DNA of 63,278 nt, the filler included, from Sphacelaria rigidula (lineage: Eukaryota): the NCBI GenBank assembly GCA_964200075.2. It is 11 parts of 11 records of this genome, joined end to end, with 100 filler letters (N's around TTAATTAATTAA, not from the genome) between each part and the next. Parts side by side here need not be neighbours in the genome. Positions count along the whole stretch, not along the records: positions 1 to 5,663 come from CAXNAA020025459.1; positions 5,764 to 11,425 come from CAXNAA020025460.1; positions 11,526 to 17,187 come from CAXNAA020025461.1; 8 more parts are not named here. The stretch is one strand, 5' to 3'. The notes beneath the pieces were generated by a model. It had not been told where the DNA came from, did not search any database, and worked only from the letters and a program-made list of their open reading frames with translations. A program made the translations under genes and the position numbers. Of the stretch, positions 1-11,823 are shown piece after piece. Numbering within the stretch: position 1 is the first letter of the stretch; the number at the start of each line of letters is the position of its first letter.

Positions 1-2420
1 GCCATCAGGAATCTTGATCTTAAACGGTGTCGTGGTACATCGACCTAAATACAAGGGTGCAGTAGAAAACCGTTCAGAGTATCTAATCAAGATGGATCTC
101 AATCTATCGATTACAGTGGGTGTCCAAACATCGCCAGATAGATCAAAAACAATATGCCGTAAGTGAGGGGGAATGTCATCCCACAACTTTGGGAAACTGG
201 CGCGTTGTTCTGAAGAAAATCTATCCAATAATACAGTTGGGGGTTGAGGGTCAGACGCATCTGGGGGGTTTGTCACCACCATGGGGTCAGGCGTATGTAG
301 CGGAGGGGGGCCCGTGGATTTCGGGGGGTCGGTCGGCGAGTTGTTGTTCGCCGGGGGGCACATATCTGACAGGGCGGTTCGTATGAGAGGCGCTTGAGCA
401 TAACCCAACAACTGACCGTTGAGTATATCGAAACATGCAGGGGACGTGAGGTAAATGGCTGGCCTACCTTCGTGGAAAAAGACTTCGGTCTGTTCAAACG
501 GACCAACCTGTGCTTGGTCAGGTTTGAGCAACTCGACCAAATAATGTCCTGTGAGGGCGGGCGATCCATTGCGTCTCACGAGGTTCACTTGGATTGGTTG
601 AGGTTCACGAGAAAGCGAGATTTCCGGTTCACCAACATGGTACAGACGGAAAGCATCACCTGTTTTCGTGGGGCCATCCTCATAAGCATGAGCTCCCGAA
701 TCAGTGTCGAAGTGACCCAGAGACAGTTTGCCTGTCACTGGACGGTTCGCGACAGGTGTGTCCGTCGTGTACGTATGTGTGGAAAATCGAAGCCAACTGT
801 CTCGACCCAACAAAACATGAAAAGACATTGAACCGTCGGGCACTATTAGTGCCCATACGGACAACCGAGCAGTGGGAGTAGTATCCTGGTAGAATTGTAC
901 ACTTAGTCTCACCGATTGATTGACCGTAAGAGATGTGGAGGAACTAAACCCATCAAAAACGCGAGGGTGCACGGTGGACAGACAATGCTTGTCCGCCGCG
1001 CCCGCGTTGATCATCTGTTGCCAGCAGACACTTTCTACGATAGCCCCCCCCCAGAAGTGCATGGTTTTAGGAGGCAAAATCTTCACGTAAATCGAAACGA
1101 GACAAGCTGAGCACGACGAGAAGCTGGGAATTCTCACGCTTGGGGTCGTTATAGCCAATCTCGCCAATGCGAGGCGCCTCATGCAGCCTGAACCCGAACA
1201 TCAGGCGCTGTATGGCCATTTGTTTCGTGACACTTTTAGCTGGTTTTGGGGGGGGGGGGTATCGTAGAAAGTGTCAGCAGCTGGCGGTGATGAACGTTTG
1301 AGGTGAACCAGAGTCTGGTAGTGCAAGAGCTATCAAATGACAGTTTGCACACGCTCCACTATGTAAACCTATCTTGGTTGTAAAAGAAGCATCATCCACA
1401 GTTGCAAAACCACTGACGAGATCGAGCCCGAAGTCGGGTATGACATCTGACACATCCTGCTTCGCGTTTTGAACAAAGGTGCTAAAATACACTCGTTGAT
1501 GATCCTGTGGGACGAGCCTTTGGCCGGAAGGATGGTGCGTGCATGGAGTGTCAGTGTTTGTGCCTGGAACATTTGTCTCATCAGTCGAGGGTTGAATCTC
1601 ATATACTGCAACGGAGGGGCGATGCCGGGGAAGGGCAGTTGTCGTGGTCGACAGTGCAGACGATGTCAATTTGTTCGGATCCCATGAACAACACCCGACG
1701 CAACGTTATACCCGTGCCGTGTGCGATCATATGGAGATTGCAATATGGATGGCTCTGTTTAGGTAGGGGAGCAGTACCAACGTTTGCTACAGCACGGCAC
1801 CTCACCGTCCGCAAAGATATTGCCCGCTGAGACCACTTGTAATTCAAACGGCACCGTACTGTGGACAGTACTTCAATTCGGAACAATATTTCAACGCAGG
1901 AGGTACGTGGCATTCTGGGCGGTTGGTACGTACTGCAGTGGTTGTGTTGGTGGGGAGACACTCAAACTGTAATGTACACTGGTGCCGTGTAAAAGTGACA
2001 AAAGTACAGAGTCGAGGGCTTGTGTACAAGTAGCATGAATCTCGCGCCTCGATGTGTTCAATCATGCTCGTGTACAGACAACATTCTCAATCCTGGTCCA
2101 TCATGTCGGATCGATATAGTTCGGTGCGCATGGTGGCTCAACGTTCCGTGTTTGAAAGGAAAATCGTCTGCGCAGCGGGCGGCGATTGAAATAGCCCGCG
2201 CACTCGTTACCTGCAAGCATGATTCGGTGTGTGTTGGGACACATGTCGGTCGATTCGGTTGATACCGGAGCGACGGACTGTGGGCAGGGGCGGTCACGGG
2301 GTGTTTGGGGAGTGGTTGGTTGTGTAGCAAAAGAAGGCTTGCGTGTGCGCTCGTACCTGGAGCGCCTTGTGGTTCGGTCGCCATTGCCTGAGACCAACGT
2401 GGGTACTGTATGACACATCG
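1..2420 (-). mobile_element. Ty3/Gypsy LTR-retrotransposon gag-protease-(pre-RT) remnant, interrupted by a MITE and cut by the contig end
   Basis: Minus-strand translation gives the retropepsin motif ALPDSGSPQTFI (~1290-1325). It continues after MITE removal to VLLGRDSW (~790-815) and then LIRYSERFSTAPLYLGRCTTTPFKIKIPDG (1-90), typical of the segment just before Gypsy RT. A gag-like YCNLH..AH motif lies near 1720-1750. The upstream boundary is approximate. Confidence 0.8.
1027..1275. mobile_element. 249-bp MITE with C/G-tract TIRs and 4-bp TSD (AGCA)
   Basis: TIR GACACTTTCTACGATA+C-run / G-run+TATCGTAGAAAGTGTC. AGCA is duplicated at 1023-1026 and 1276-1279. Excision restores the Gypsy protease frame (TFITASC|WQQMINAGAA). 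Confidence 0.92.
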
Positions 2421-5400
2421 AAGACCTGCAGCTAACTCGAGTCGGGATGTCTGTCAAACTCCGAGTAAAAGAGAGAGCAGCTGTCTAAGAAGCTGTCTAA
2501 TTACCTTGGTGCATTACACCGCTAATCGTGTACACAAATATTAAGTGAAAACAAGACTGAAAATAAAAGGTTTTTGCGAGAAAACCTTGAGCTGGTGTTT
2601 GGCTGTGTGTAAGCAGCGGTCGATCGAGGAAGAAAAACCGTACACAGCTTGAATGAAACAAGCTACCTCTGAAGCCAAACACAATGTGGCGGTACAGGCA
2701 ATGCCGCTAGCAGTAAAGCCGTATACGCCGAACGCAAGCAAGCCACACCCTTGTGAGGTGCCGGCCAGCGGTCCTGGATCGACTTGCTACACTCAAAACT
2801 GCCGTTTCAATCTCTCAATTCAATAGCCCAGCTGTCAAAGGGGAAACCCACACAGCCCCGGAGCCAGAATACAATATAAATCGTGGATGAGGGTAGAAGT
2901 ACAGCACAACAAGAGACTCACGTCAACTGCTGTGGCTCGCGACCGTGGGGGCAGAGAGATCGAAGGTGGTAGATGATGGTTAAAAAGCTCTTCTTTATCC
3001 AATAGGTGCTTGGAGGCCGGTTGATGTGTCGAGTGAACAGGTGGGTAGAGCAGCTGTTCTATCGATACGTCCGTCTGCCCCGCTTACAACCTTGTCATAA
3101 TACAAAATCACCGTGACGTGCTCTGCCTTTAGCCAAACAACGCTGTAGTAGCAGCAGGTACACGCGGCTAGTCGGGTACAATCTATTTACGTTCAACCAG
3201 CGTCAACAATAAAAACAGTCCAAATCCTGCCTCGTCACAACACACATTCGACTAGAATCTTTCCATACCCGTCGGTCGTTTGTAGATCAATCGTAGTATT
3301 CCTGTACTGGTTTACTTGAGACCCTCAGTCATTTACCATCACATCAGCCCACCCTGGATCGTTTAAGTGCAGTCACTTTTCCGAAGGGACGAACTTGCAT
3401 CGAGCCACACCTCTCCCACGCCACAGAAAACAGAGACTCGATTTGAAGATCGATTCCTCTTTGGTACGGGGAACGGGAAGGGGCGATCAACACAAAAGAA
3501 ACAAAAGAATACAAACACAAGCACAAAGCAAAGAGAAAAAAAATCGAACCGATACAATGATTCGGTGTCCTCATGTTCCGTGAGTACTTTAGACGGGATC
3601 ATGGGAAACGAAAAATATATAAATGAATAAATAAATAAGACCCAAAATCAACAAAACCATATACCATGAAATGCCGTGTCTCCAGAATGTCGTACGCATT
3701 CCGGGATAGACACAGGGAATCAGAGACCAATCATTGAAACGATTATCCTACCCTGCCATAACTATATAATGAATACATAGTTCGCTCTTTTCCGAATGTC
3801 CGATTTGTTTTAGGTCATTGGTAGAAAAACAAGCAAGCCCGCCAAGGCATTATATCACTTTGATAACCAAGATCATGCTAATCACTCGTCCCAGTCAATT
3901 AGCAAAAGCAAACAACGTACAGCCGAGTTCGTCGCGGAAATGGTAGTTTCCCGCGAAAACCACACGTTGATGAAGGAAAAAAAATGATACGGACAAATGA
4001 ACCCGTTTGACGTGAGTTAATTGTCGGTACATGTTTGTGAGAACAACGACTTGCTTGGGACCTCTGGTTGATGATCCAGTCGTACAGCCTTTTTTTTCTT
4101 CTCACACGACGATACGAAAACAATTGACCGGTTTGTGAGGTCAGGTGTCCGTACACGTCAAAAGAAACGTGGTGGACAATACACAACCTTCGGGCCTACT
4201 ACGTAGTTCCGAGGCGGATCACCGAACACATTTCTGAACCACGACAGATACACAGGACAGAGAGGACAAACGCAGCCCACTCCTCACAGTATTTTTGCCC
4301 GTTCGGACTAAACCGAGACTGGCCCGAACACAAACTGGAGTAAAATCCACAGCCGGTCGTACCGTCATGTTATTTCGTCCAATAATCCCTGATGAAAACA
4401 AAACACCACCGACCAATTTCAGGGGCGGGTAATTGTACGCAAAAACTGGTAAAAGTGACAAAAAATAGCGAGTGGTGGACTCTGAGCCTGTAGGCTGTAC
4501 CAACGGTCGAATATCGACATGGCGGAACAGATAGTCCCGAAAGAGCGATCTACCTCATCATGATAGGTGATGGTCCTGTATGAGGAGGCGTTTGCAACCG
4601 ATCTTACCGCGGCTTCAATAACAATTCTTCAACCCGCTATGTACGACGCGGCCAGTGGTGGCCTCGTTGTAACTTACCCATCACCAAATCATAAATCATC
4701 GCGTCGCATTACCCGTGACCCTCCTATAAACGAGGTCTGTCACATGCGGCAGGACTCGGAAACAAACGTAGGCCAAGTGTTCTAGACTCGAGGGTCAGGA
4801 ACGTTGGAACACTCGTGGCGAAATTCCCGACATAGACGCAGAAACCAAAACCAAAATAAATACAAAACTAGGGGCACGCTAGGCAACAGCGAAAACGAAA
4901 GTCCGCAACATAGGGCAGAAAAACAACACGTGGCAACCGTCCTTGTAAACGGGGGCAGTTATCGTGTGGATGAAGCAAGCAGGGTCAAAACTTTCAGCCA
5001 AGAAGGTCAAAACATTTGAGGCAAACCCATGTCAATATAAAACTCAACGTGGTGCGCACACAAAAACGGGACACGTCATTGCCGATCCTGCAGGTGGAAG
5101 CGGTATGCGTGTACGGAGCGGTTGGGCAAGAGCGCAGTTATTCCAGACGGGGACGTCAGGTATATGCAGCGCTCGCTCCTAAAACTCTCAACCGAAAGGG
5201 CAAAAATAAAGAAAAATATCGACAATATGACACACAAAAAAGGACACGTCATGACCGGTCCCCAAAAGGGAGGCGGCACTCGCGTGCGAAGCGATTGAAC
5301 AAGAGCGCAAGTATTGTAGACGTGGGCGTAAGGTATTGCTAGCGCTTGCTCCGGAAACTCTTCCATCAGAACAAACAAATAAAAAATGAAGACCATGTAA

Positions 5401-5663
5401 TAACAAAGCAAGACAAGATGTGCGTACAACGAAAAAAATTAAGACATAAATAATTCGTAGCAACTGTTCCGGTGGACGGGATGGCTGTGAATGTACGGCG
5501 CGGAGGACGGAGGTTCAAGGTTCCAGACTCGGGGTCAGGAATGGAACGGTTGTCACTTGTACTTCGCCAGATGAACCCAGAAGTACCCAAGAAAAGTACC
5601 CACTGAACGCAAAAAATCGAACATAAAGCACGAGGCGAAAAGAAAAGAAGACAAAAGCAAAAA

Positions 5664-5763
5664 NNNNNNNNNNNNNNNNNNNNNNNNNNNNNNNNNNNNN
5701 NNNNNNNTTAATTAATTAANNNNNNNNNNNNNNNNNNNNNNNNNNNNNNNNNNNNNNNNNNNN
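5664..5763. other. Artificial contig linker N44-TTAATTAATTAA-N44
   Basis: The identical 100-bp linker also occurs at 11426, 17188, 22950, 28712, 34474, 40235, 45996, 51757 and 57518. It carries stop codons in all six frames. Confidence 0.99.
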
Positions 5764-6149
5764 GGGATCTTGGGCGTGGGGCTGGGGCGCTGGGACGTGT
5801 TTTCGAGGTGTTCAGCCAGCGTGCAGCGCCGCTCCCCAAAGCGAGAAATGCGCTACCCTTTTTTGCTCCAAAAACACCAGGGTGTACCCTTTTTTGTATA
5901 TTGCAAAAATCCGAATGTATGTGAATGGCTACCGCATTCCACGTGACCCCCACCCAGATCGCTTGAAGTTGCGCATTGTCAAATTGTGGTGGGAAGCAAT
6001 GTTTTCATCAACTTAAATTTAGCACGTCCATGTCACATGGAGACGAAAACGTTAAGCACTTGAATGGAAATAAATGCGGGGTGCAGGAGAACCCCTGACC
6101 GGCTTTCAGTCTGGACAAGTGCATGTACGTTTTCGCTGAATCATTTTTG

Positions 6150-6600
6150 TCGGGTACTGTACGAGCTGGGCCATCCCTGCGACAAATTCAACCCTGAGAC
6201 CGCGATGCGGGTAGTCTATTTGGATCACGCATACTTTCTTCAAGTGAAATTGACAACATTCCTTGGGATACAGGGAAACAATCTATACTCTTCTCCTCGA
6301 CTACTTCGTCATCTACCGATAGGTGCGGCGTTTCTAACATGCCCATACTAAAGCAAAGGTATCACGAGAACAGGCACTAAATGCATCAAATCCGGATTTG
6401 GCCTCTCACTTTTGAAACTTGTGCTTTGAAATTGGCTATGGAGTACGGTCAGGGCAAAATAAAATCTACATTCAGCACATCAAGATTCTTTTATTCATGA
6501 GTTACGGACGTATCATGAAAAATGATCCGTGTTCTATTATCTTCTACTTGTTTAGAGGAGTCATGCTACTACGGGGGGAGGGGGGGGGGAGTATTCTGGA
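6150..6600 (+). repeat. Dispersed unclassified repeat (homologous to ~38280-38590)
   Basis: Shared block AGGCACTAAATGCA...GGATTT...GCTTTGAAATT...AGGGC at ~6370-6455 and ~38430-38515. Boundaries are approximate. Confidence 0.6.
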
Positions 6601-8440
6601 CCATTTCTCCCACGACTTTCCACTTCGAAGCGTCGTTGAAAGCAGCAACACTTTGTCGAACGCACTTGCTACCAATATATCACGTTTATTCATACAGCTT
6701 GACACCGTCCTTACCCAAAGACAAGCGCGCCGCGAGAGTGTTGGGTCGTCTGACACATCTATGAGCCTTTTTTCATGGAATCAACCGCCCCCCTATCGCA
6801 GCATGACTCCGAGACACTAAACCTGGACTCAGCAGCTCAGTTTCGGGAGATATGCTTCGAAATTTGGTAGAAGCATACGAGTACACAGCGTTCAAAGGGT
6901 GTTGACTAATTTCGTGCATTGCAAAATCGAGCAACAACTGTGCTACGTCGTATTTGTATTACTCCGTCCTTTCCATACCGCCATCAGACGTATCTAGGGC
7001 TGTACACTGGAAATATTGGTTATGTTACATTTTGACCGTCATAAACTATTTGCAGTGAGTATTTTCCACTTGTGTCACGCATGGTGACATGTTTTGTTGC
7101 AGTATGATATTGTTCAAGCGTATGTCCGTCGGATCTGGGGATGTTGGATCTTTGCCTCTCCAGGCAACCGGCGACCTCGACGTACTTGGCCAGCAACCAT
7201 GCGACCATGGATATGAGCAACTAGCAGCGCAGTCGATGGCAGTCGTTGGTACAAGAATCAAGGATCAAGGGTCAAGGATCCAGGATCGAATTCGTCCACG
7301 GCACCAAGGTTATAAAATGACACAAGCCACCTTCCACCTTCCAAACCACAGAACGGCTACATAGCAGCATCTTGGCAATGACGAAAGTGATCAATGAACA
7401 TTCCTACAATAGTCGGATCTTAAGTGCCATATAATCAAAGTGCCCGAATGATCGATCAGAACGCGCGGCGCAATCCGAGGCGCTTGGACGGTAGCAGGGA
7501 ACCTGCTTCTGGCGCCATGATTCACCCTTGAAGTACGCGGAAGAACTCTGTATCGATTTGATAAAACCCCTCGAGCCAGCTACATTAGCCTTCGAATTGC
7601 ACATGAGGCATTTTTCATTGAGTTTCTGACGTTTTTTCATCAGATCCGCCGCTTCTTCCGTTGAGGGTTCAAAATTGATTTTGTGTTCCCCGTCCGTCTT
7701 GGTGTGAGGTGTTCATTTTTTCGTCGGGGTGTTCGGTAGCCTAGCCTAGCTTAGCCTAGCTTAGCCTATGTGATGGGTGCACCTTCTAATTCCATCCTGT
7801 CGTCTAATACCACGACCATATTGTGCTTTCCGGGTAGGTTTTCCCCGCTTCCCTGGAACTCTTTTCTGGAAATCTCATTCAGCATATCCCCCCGTGGGTA
7901 TGGTGAAAAAACACACTTTTTGGCTTCTCGTCCGTGCAACGGTTGAAGGACTGTTTGGGGCATTTTGCAATCACGGTACGCTTCTTTGCAGGGTACGCGT
8001 GCGTGACTGTAATTTCCTCAGGAGCTGTCTGAGGGGAGTTCTCCCCAATCCGGATCCCGAACCCCATGGCTGAACATGGCTTATTTTTGTTGAGCATCAA
8101 GCCTACCTCTAGCCCAAACTCCAAACCGATGCGCACCAAGAGCACTTGAGGAAGGGGGATGAGATTCATGCAGCGCAGCGTCCTAGACAATGTGTGCCTT
8201 GGCGAAGCTCAAATGGGCGCAGATTGGAGCCAAAATGCGTGGGAAGCACGGTGGCCGAGCCCTTGGGACTGTGAGGCCATACAAAATACCAACACAAAAT
8301 ACCATGATTTACTCTACAGTATTAGCTAGAATTGTTCATCTATGGGTTTGGCAAGAAAGTAGTGCAGTTACCTCCATTTTGTAAAACTCTTTGTCTTCAC
8401 CCCGGACTTGGTATGCACCTCTTCCGACTTCAGAAATCTG

Positions 8441-8823
8441 CAAGGGCAGGTCGAGTAGAGCATTTGAGGTCGTGCTCAATCCACTCGAATTTTCGAGTAG
8501 AGTATTTGAGATCATACTCAATCTACTCAAAATTTGAGTATTGAGGTCATGCCCAAGAGATACTCTATACTCAAGTATTACTGAGAGCGCTTACTCGATA
8601 TTTGAGCAGAGTATTGGAGGTTGTATTCGATCTACTCAAAATTTGAGTAGAGTATTTTAGGCCATACTTAACCCACTCAGAATTTGAGTAGAGTATTTGA
8701 GGTCGTACTCCCATCTACTCAAAATTTGAGTGAGTGTTTGAGGCCGTACTCGACCTACTCAAACTTTGAGTAGAGTAAATACTCGAGTACTCAAAAGTAC
8801 ATACTCTACTCGACCTGCCCTTG
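8441..8823. mobile_element. hAT-type MITE filled with ~41-bp GAGTA/TACTC sub-repeats
   Basis: Perfect 20-bp TIR CAAGGGCAGGTCGAGTAGAG / CTCTACTCGACCTGCCCTTG. 8-bp TSD GAAATCTG / GGAATCTG (1 mismatch). Confidence 0.88.
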
Positions 8824-9627
8824 GGAATCTGACAAGTATAAATGGATTATGGCAAACAGCGTCGACTTACAGATCGTTTGGTAGTGGGTCTGTTTTGAAA
8901 GATTGATAACGTGAAGCATATATCTTGCATCTGGAGGTCTGGAGGTGGTGTCGGGTCTGGCATCCATGCTCCATTTAGAATCTTGCTACTGTTCGAGCCT
9001 TTACAACGGACTTGGAACTAATCAGATGTCACTCATACCCACGCACCCCACTTCCTAGTGCTGCTGCTCCTTCATTTCTTCATTTTTCAGGCAGGGGACA
9101 TGATACTTATGCATGCTAGATGAGATGAATATGTTCCTTATCTGGGGTCGACGACTTGTTCAACTTTGTAGGGTAGATAAAATGCAAATCTGCCCTCTGC
9201 TTGATTACGTGTACTTCGTATTTTGTGCTGGATCTGACCTACACAGGGGAAGGAGGTGACTGCGGTGACTATACAACCACAGAGCACTGTGTCTGTGCAT
9301 GTTGACAGTTTCCATCTAGTTCAAGTGGCCTGCTTCCGTTCAGTAGGTCAGCTTCCTGTCCCACAAGGTTTACCATGACTACATGAACCCCCTTCCCCGC
9401 GAGACTGCGATTTGAGCCCTGGTTCACCTCATTCTACTCTCGCTTCTTGTCTCATGAGGGGACAACTCTTCCGAGTTGTAACACAAGATATTTCAATCCA
9501 AGATCGAAATCGAGAATACACAGGGCGCTGAAATCGGCCTGCTGCCCTCAACCGCGACCAAACTGCTTCAGATCTTGCAAGCTGTAAGGAGATCACAACA
9601 CCCGCCTGATATCGAGAGCTTCAATGC

Positions 9628-9992
9628 GTGTGTGCGTGTTGTCATCCCATCTGTGCTGAACATCTGTCTATACCTTTCGATATATCTGGGCGATTCAGCC
9701 GGGGTCACGCAGGAGGACGGCCAACGCAGAAGCTTTCCTTCTTCTTTACTTCAATTCTCCACTTCCTTCTGCGTTGTTCGCCTCATCTTGCATCACGAGA
9801 GAAGTTCAGCAGTCCCTTTCCCTCGTCGACCGTGAAGTCAAATGTTGTGCACCCACAACATAGTTGCTCTCCACTGTTGGGCATGGTGGGAGAAAAAATC
9901 CCATATCGTGTGATTGCACCGGGATTCGAACCCCCCGACCCAATTGTCAGAAAGAGTCGAGCTCACCAACTGAGCCACTGGGGCGAGCGGCT
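9628..9992 (-). mobile_element. tRNA-derived SINE (family 1)
   Basis: The minus-strand head has A-box TGGCTCAGTTGG and B-box GGTTCGAATCCC. The body (CCATGCCCAACAGTGGAGAGCAAC...GTGACCCCGGCTG) is shared with 50634-50935, and there is a CA-rich tail. Confidence 0.85.
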
Positions 9993-10627
9993 ATACTACA
10001 ATATCATCGAAAAAGCGCATCAAAAAGGTGACGAAAATAGTTATCGTACTCGTCAGTGCGGGTCAGACGGCTTTGATGTGCACAAGTTCCCATTTTTAGG
10101 CCATCCAACATTGCGTACACACCCGCGATAAACACCCTTACATCTACAGCCTGACTTTTGATTACAAGGCACACTTGAATCGAGGGCGTTTGGTTCTGTA
10201 CTAGCCGATCATCATCAACGTGTGCAAACAGTGATACGTTTACTCGTAGTATACCCGCCTCCAAGTGTCTCGAAGTGTGTGTGTGGTTTTGGTGCCTTGC
10301 GGCTTCGCAACAAGGCTCATGGCTCATGTCATCACCAAGTCATTTTCCTAGCCGACCAGAACCAAAGGAAGCGCATAATATGTACTACAGGAAGAGCCTT
10401 TTCGTGGGGGCTATCGCGGACTATTCCACACTGTTTCATTGCTTGTGTGTTTGGGGAGCAGTGCAACTCTCTTGGTCAGCGTTACAATTCCTGCGACCGC
10501 CTCCGCTCTGTCAGCGGCTGATCGTCATCGTTTTGTGCCCACGATGTCATTGTTCAGCGGAATGTATCGACAGGCTTAATATACCCACGCCACACTGTTG
10601 CTACCCGTCAGAGGGGTAGATGGGGGG

Positions 10628-10693
10628 CGTTCTCATGTGTTGCTTGCCTTAGTCGTTTGACCATTGACCACGCATCCCTTTCGAGACGGAGCA
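10628..10693 (-). mobile_element. C-tract retroposon, 67-nt form A
   Basis: Matches consensus GTGCTCCGTCTCGAAAGGGATGCGTGGTCAATGGTCAAACGACTAAGGCAAGCAACAAATGAGTACG. Flanked by an imperfect ~21-23-bp direct repeat CCGT(C)AGAGGGGTAG(A/G)TGGGGG. Confidence 0.88.
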
Positions 10694-11542
10694 CCGTAGA
10701 GGGGTAGGTGGGGGCAACAAGCTTACCGCTGCGGTTTCATGCGCGTTGCGCTTGTGTGTTCATGTGTGTAGCAGTTTTTTTCCGTGTCCCCACTTGGCCA
10801 TCGGGAATACAGGCGAAATTTGTGCAATGTGACGCACAAAATTCAAGACACCACCCGACCACACCACACGCGCACGACCCGTGCCTACACTACGCACATC
10901 CGCCAGCAAACAAGTTCGCCACGCCGTTCAGCTCCTCAGCAGCAGCTACTGTGTGTTCATCACAATCACTCAACTACTACCTTCGAGGGCGAAGCGCTGC
11001 TGGTCATGGTTCATACACGAACGAATATCCATGACGCGCGGCATGTACACGAGTAGCAGCGGCTTTCACTTAGGTCTTGTCTCTCCACCGAAAACGACCG
11101 TTATTCGAAAGCCTGGCCCGAGGCATCTGACCTAGTTACGGGCCCCGCCATCAAAAGGGGGGACCTCTTGCCTGCGGAGTTTCCCGGGGTTCTCTCGCAG
11201 GATTTACATCGGGATACAGTATACTTCTCTGTCCCATAAGTAAAGGTACCCAAATTTTTACGTGCCCTGAACGATGTCTGATCATTTTTTTTTTAATGAA
11301 CTCCACGGTGTTTTTTGGGCTAAGAAAATGTGTTAAAATTTGCAGCTCGTGCTTGAACCATGCCACCGAACGGCTGCAAAAAAAGTAGTCGGCCCAAAAA
11401 TGGCCGTTTTTTGCCCCAATCCAAGNNNNNNNNNNNNNNNNNNNNNNNNNNNNNNNNNNNNNNNNNNNNTTAATTAATTAANNNNNNNNNNNNNNNNNNN
11501 NNNNNNNNNNNNNNNNNNNNNNNNNCCCCCCGGATAGTCACT

Positions 11543-11609
11543 GTGCTCCGTCTCGAAAGGGATGCGTGGTCAATGGTCAAACGACTAAGGCAAGCAACAA
11601 ATGAGTACG
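11543..11609 (+). mobile_element. C-tract retroposon, 67-nt form A (consensus copy)
   Basis: Exact direct repeat CCCCCCGGATAGTCACT (at least 17 bp) at 11526-11542 and 11610-11626. Confidence 0.93.
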
Positions 11610-11823
11610 CCCCCCGGATAGTCACTTGATCTACCTCCAGCTACTCCCCATTCGCTGGACTATCATTGGCCAAGTTCACTCGACTGAGAGCAACAAACGA
11701 GACAATATCAATGCCCCAAACGGCATGAGTCGATTTTATCTGGCCGACAAGGCACCAAGTAATCTGTTGCTGAGAACAAGGCGTGTCAGCCTCTGAGAAT
11801 GTGAAATATCTTCACATTTGGCG

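Noticed and set aside
3320..4745. LTR and primer-binding site of the Gypsy element
   Set aside because: A TGG-starting candidate PBS (~3321-3339, minus strand) exists, but there is no second LTR or verifiable tRNA match in the contig.
8441..8823. CRISPR-like periodic repeats
   Set aside because: Bounded by TIRs and an 8-bp TSD, so it is a hAT-type MITE interior.
9915..9992. tRNA gene (also 50634-50712)
   Set aside because: It has A/B boxes but no clean cloverleaf, and it is attached to a shared dispersed body, so it is a SINE head.
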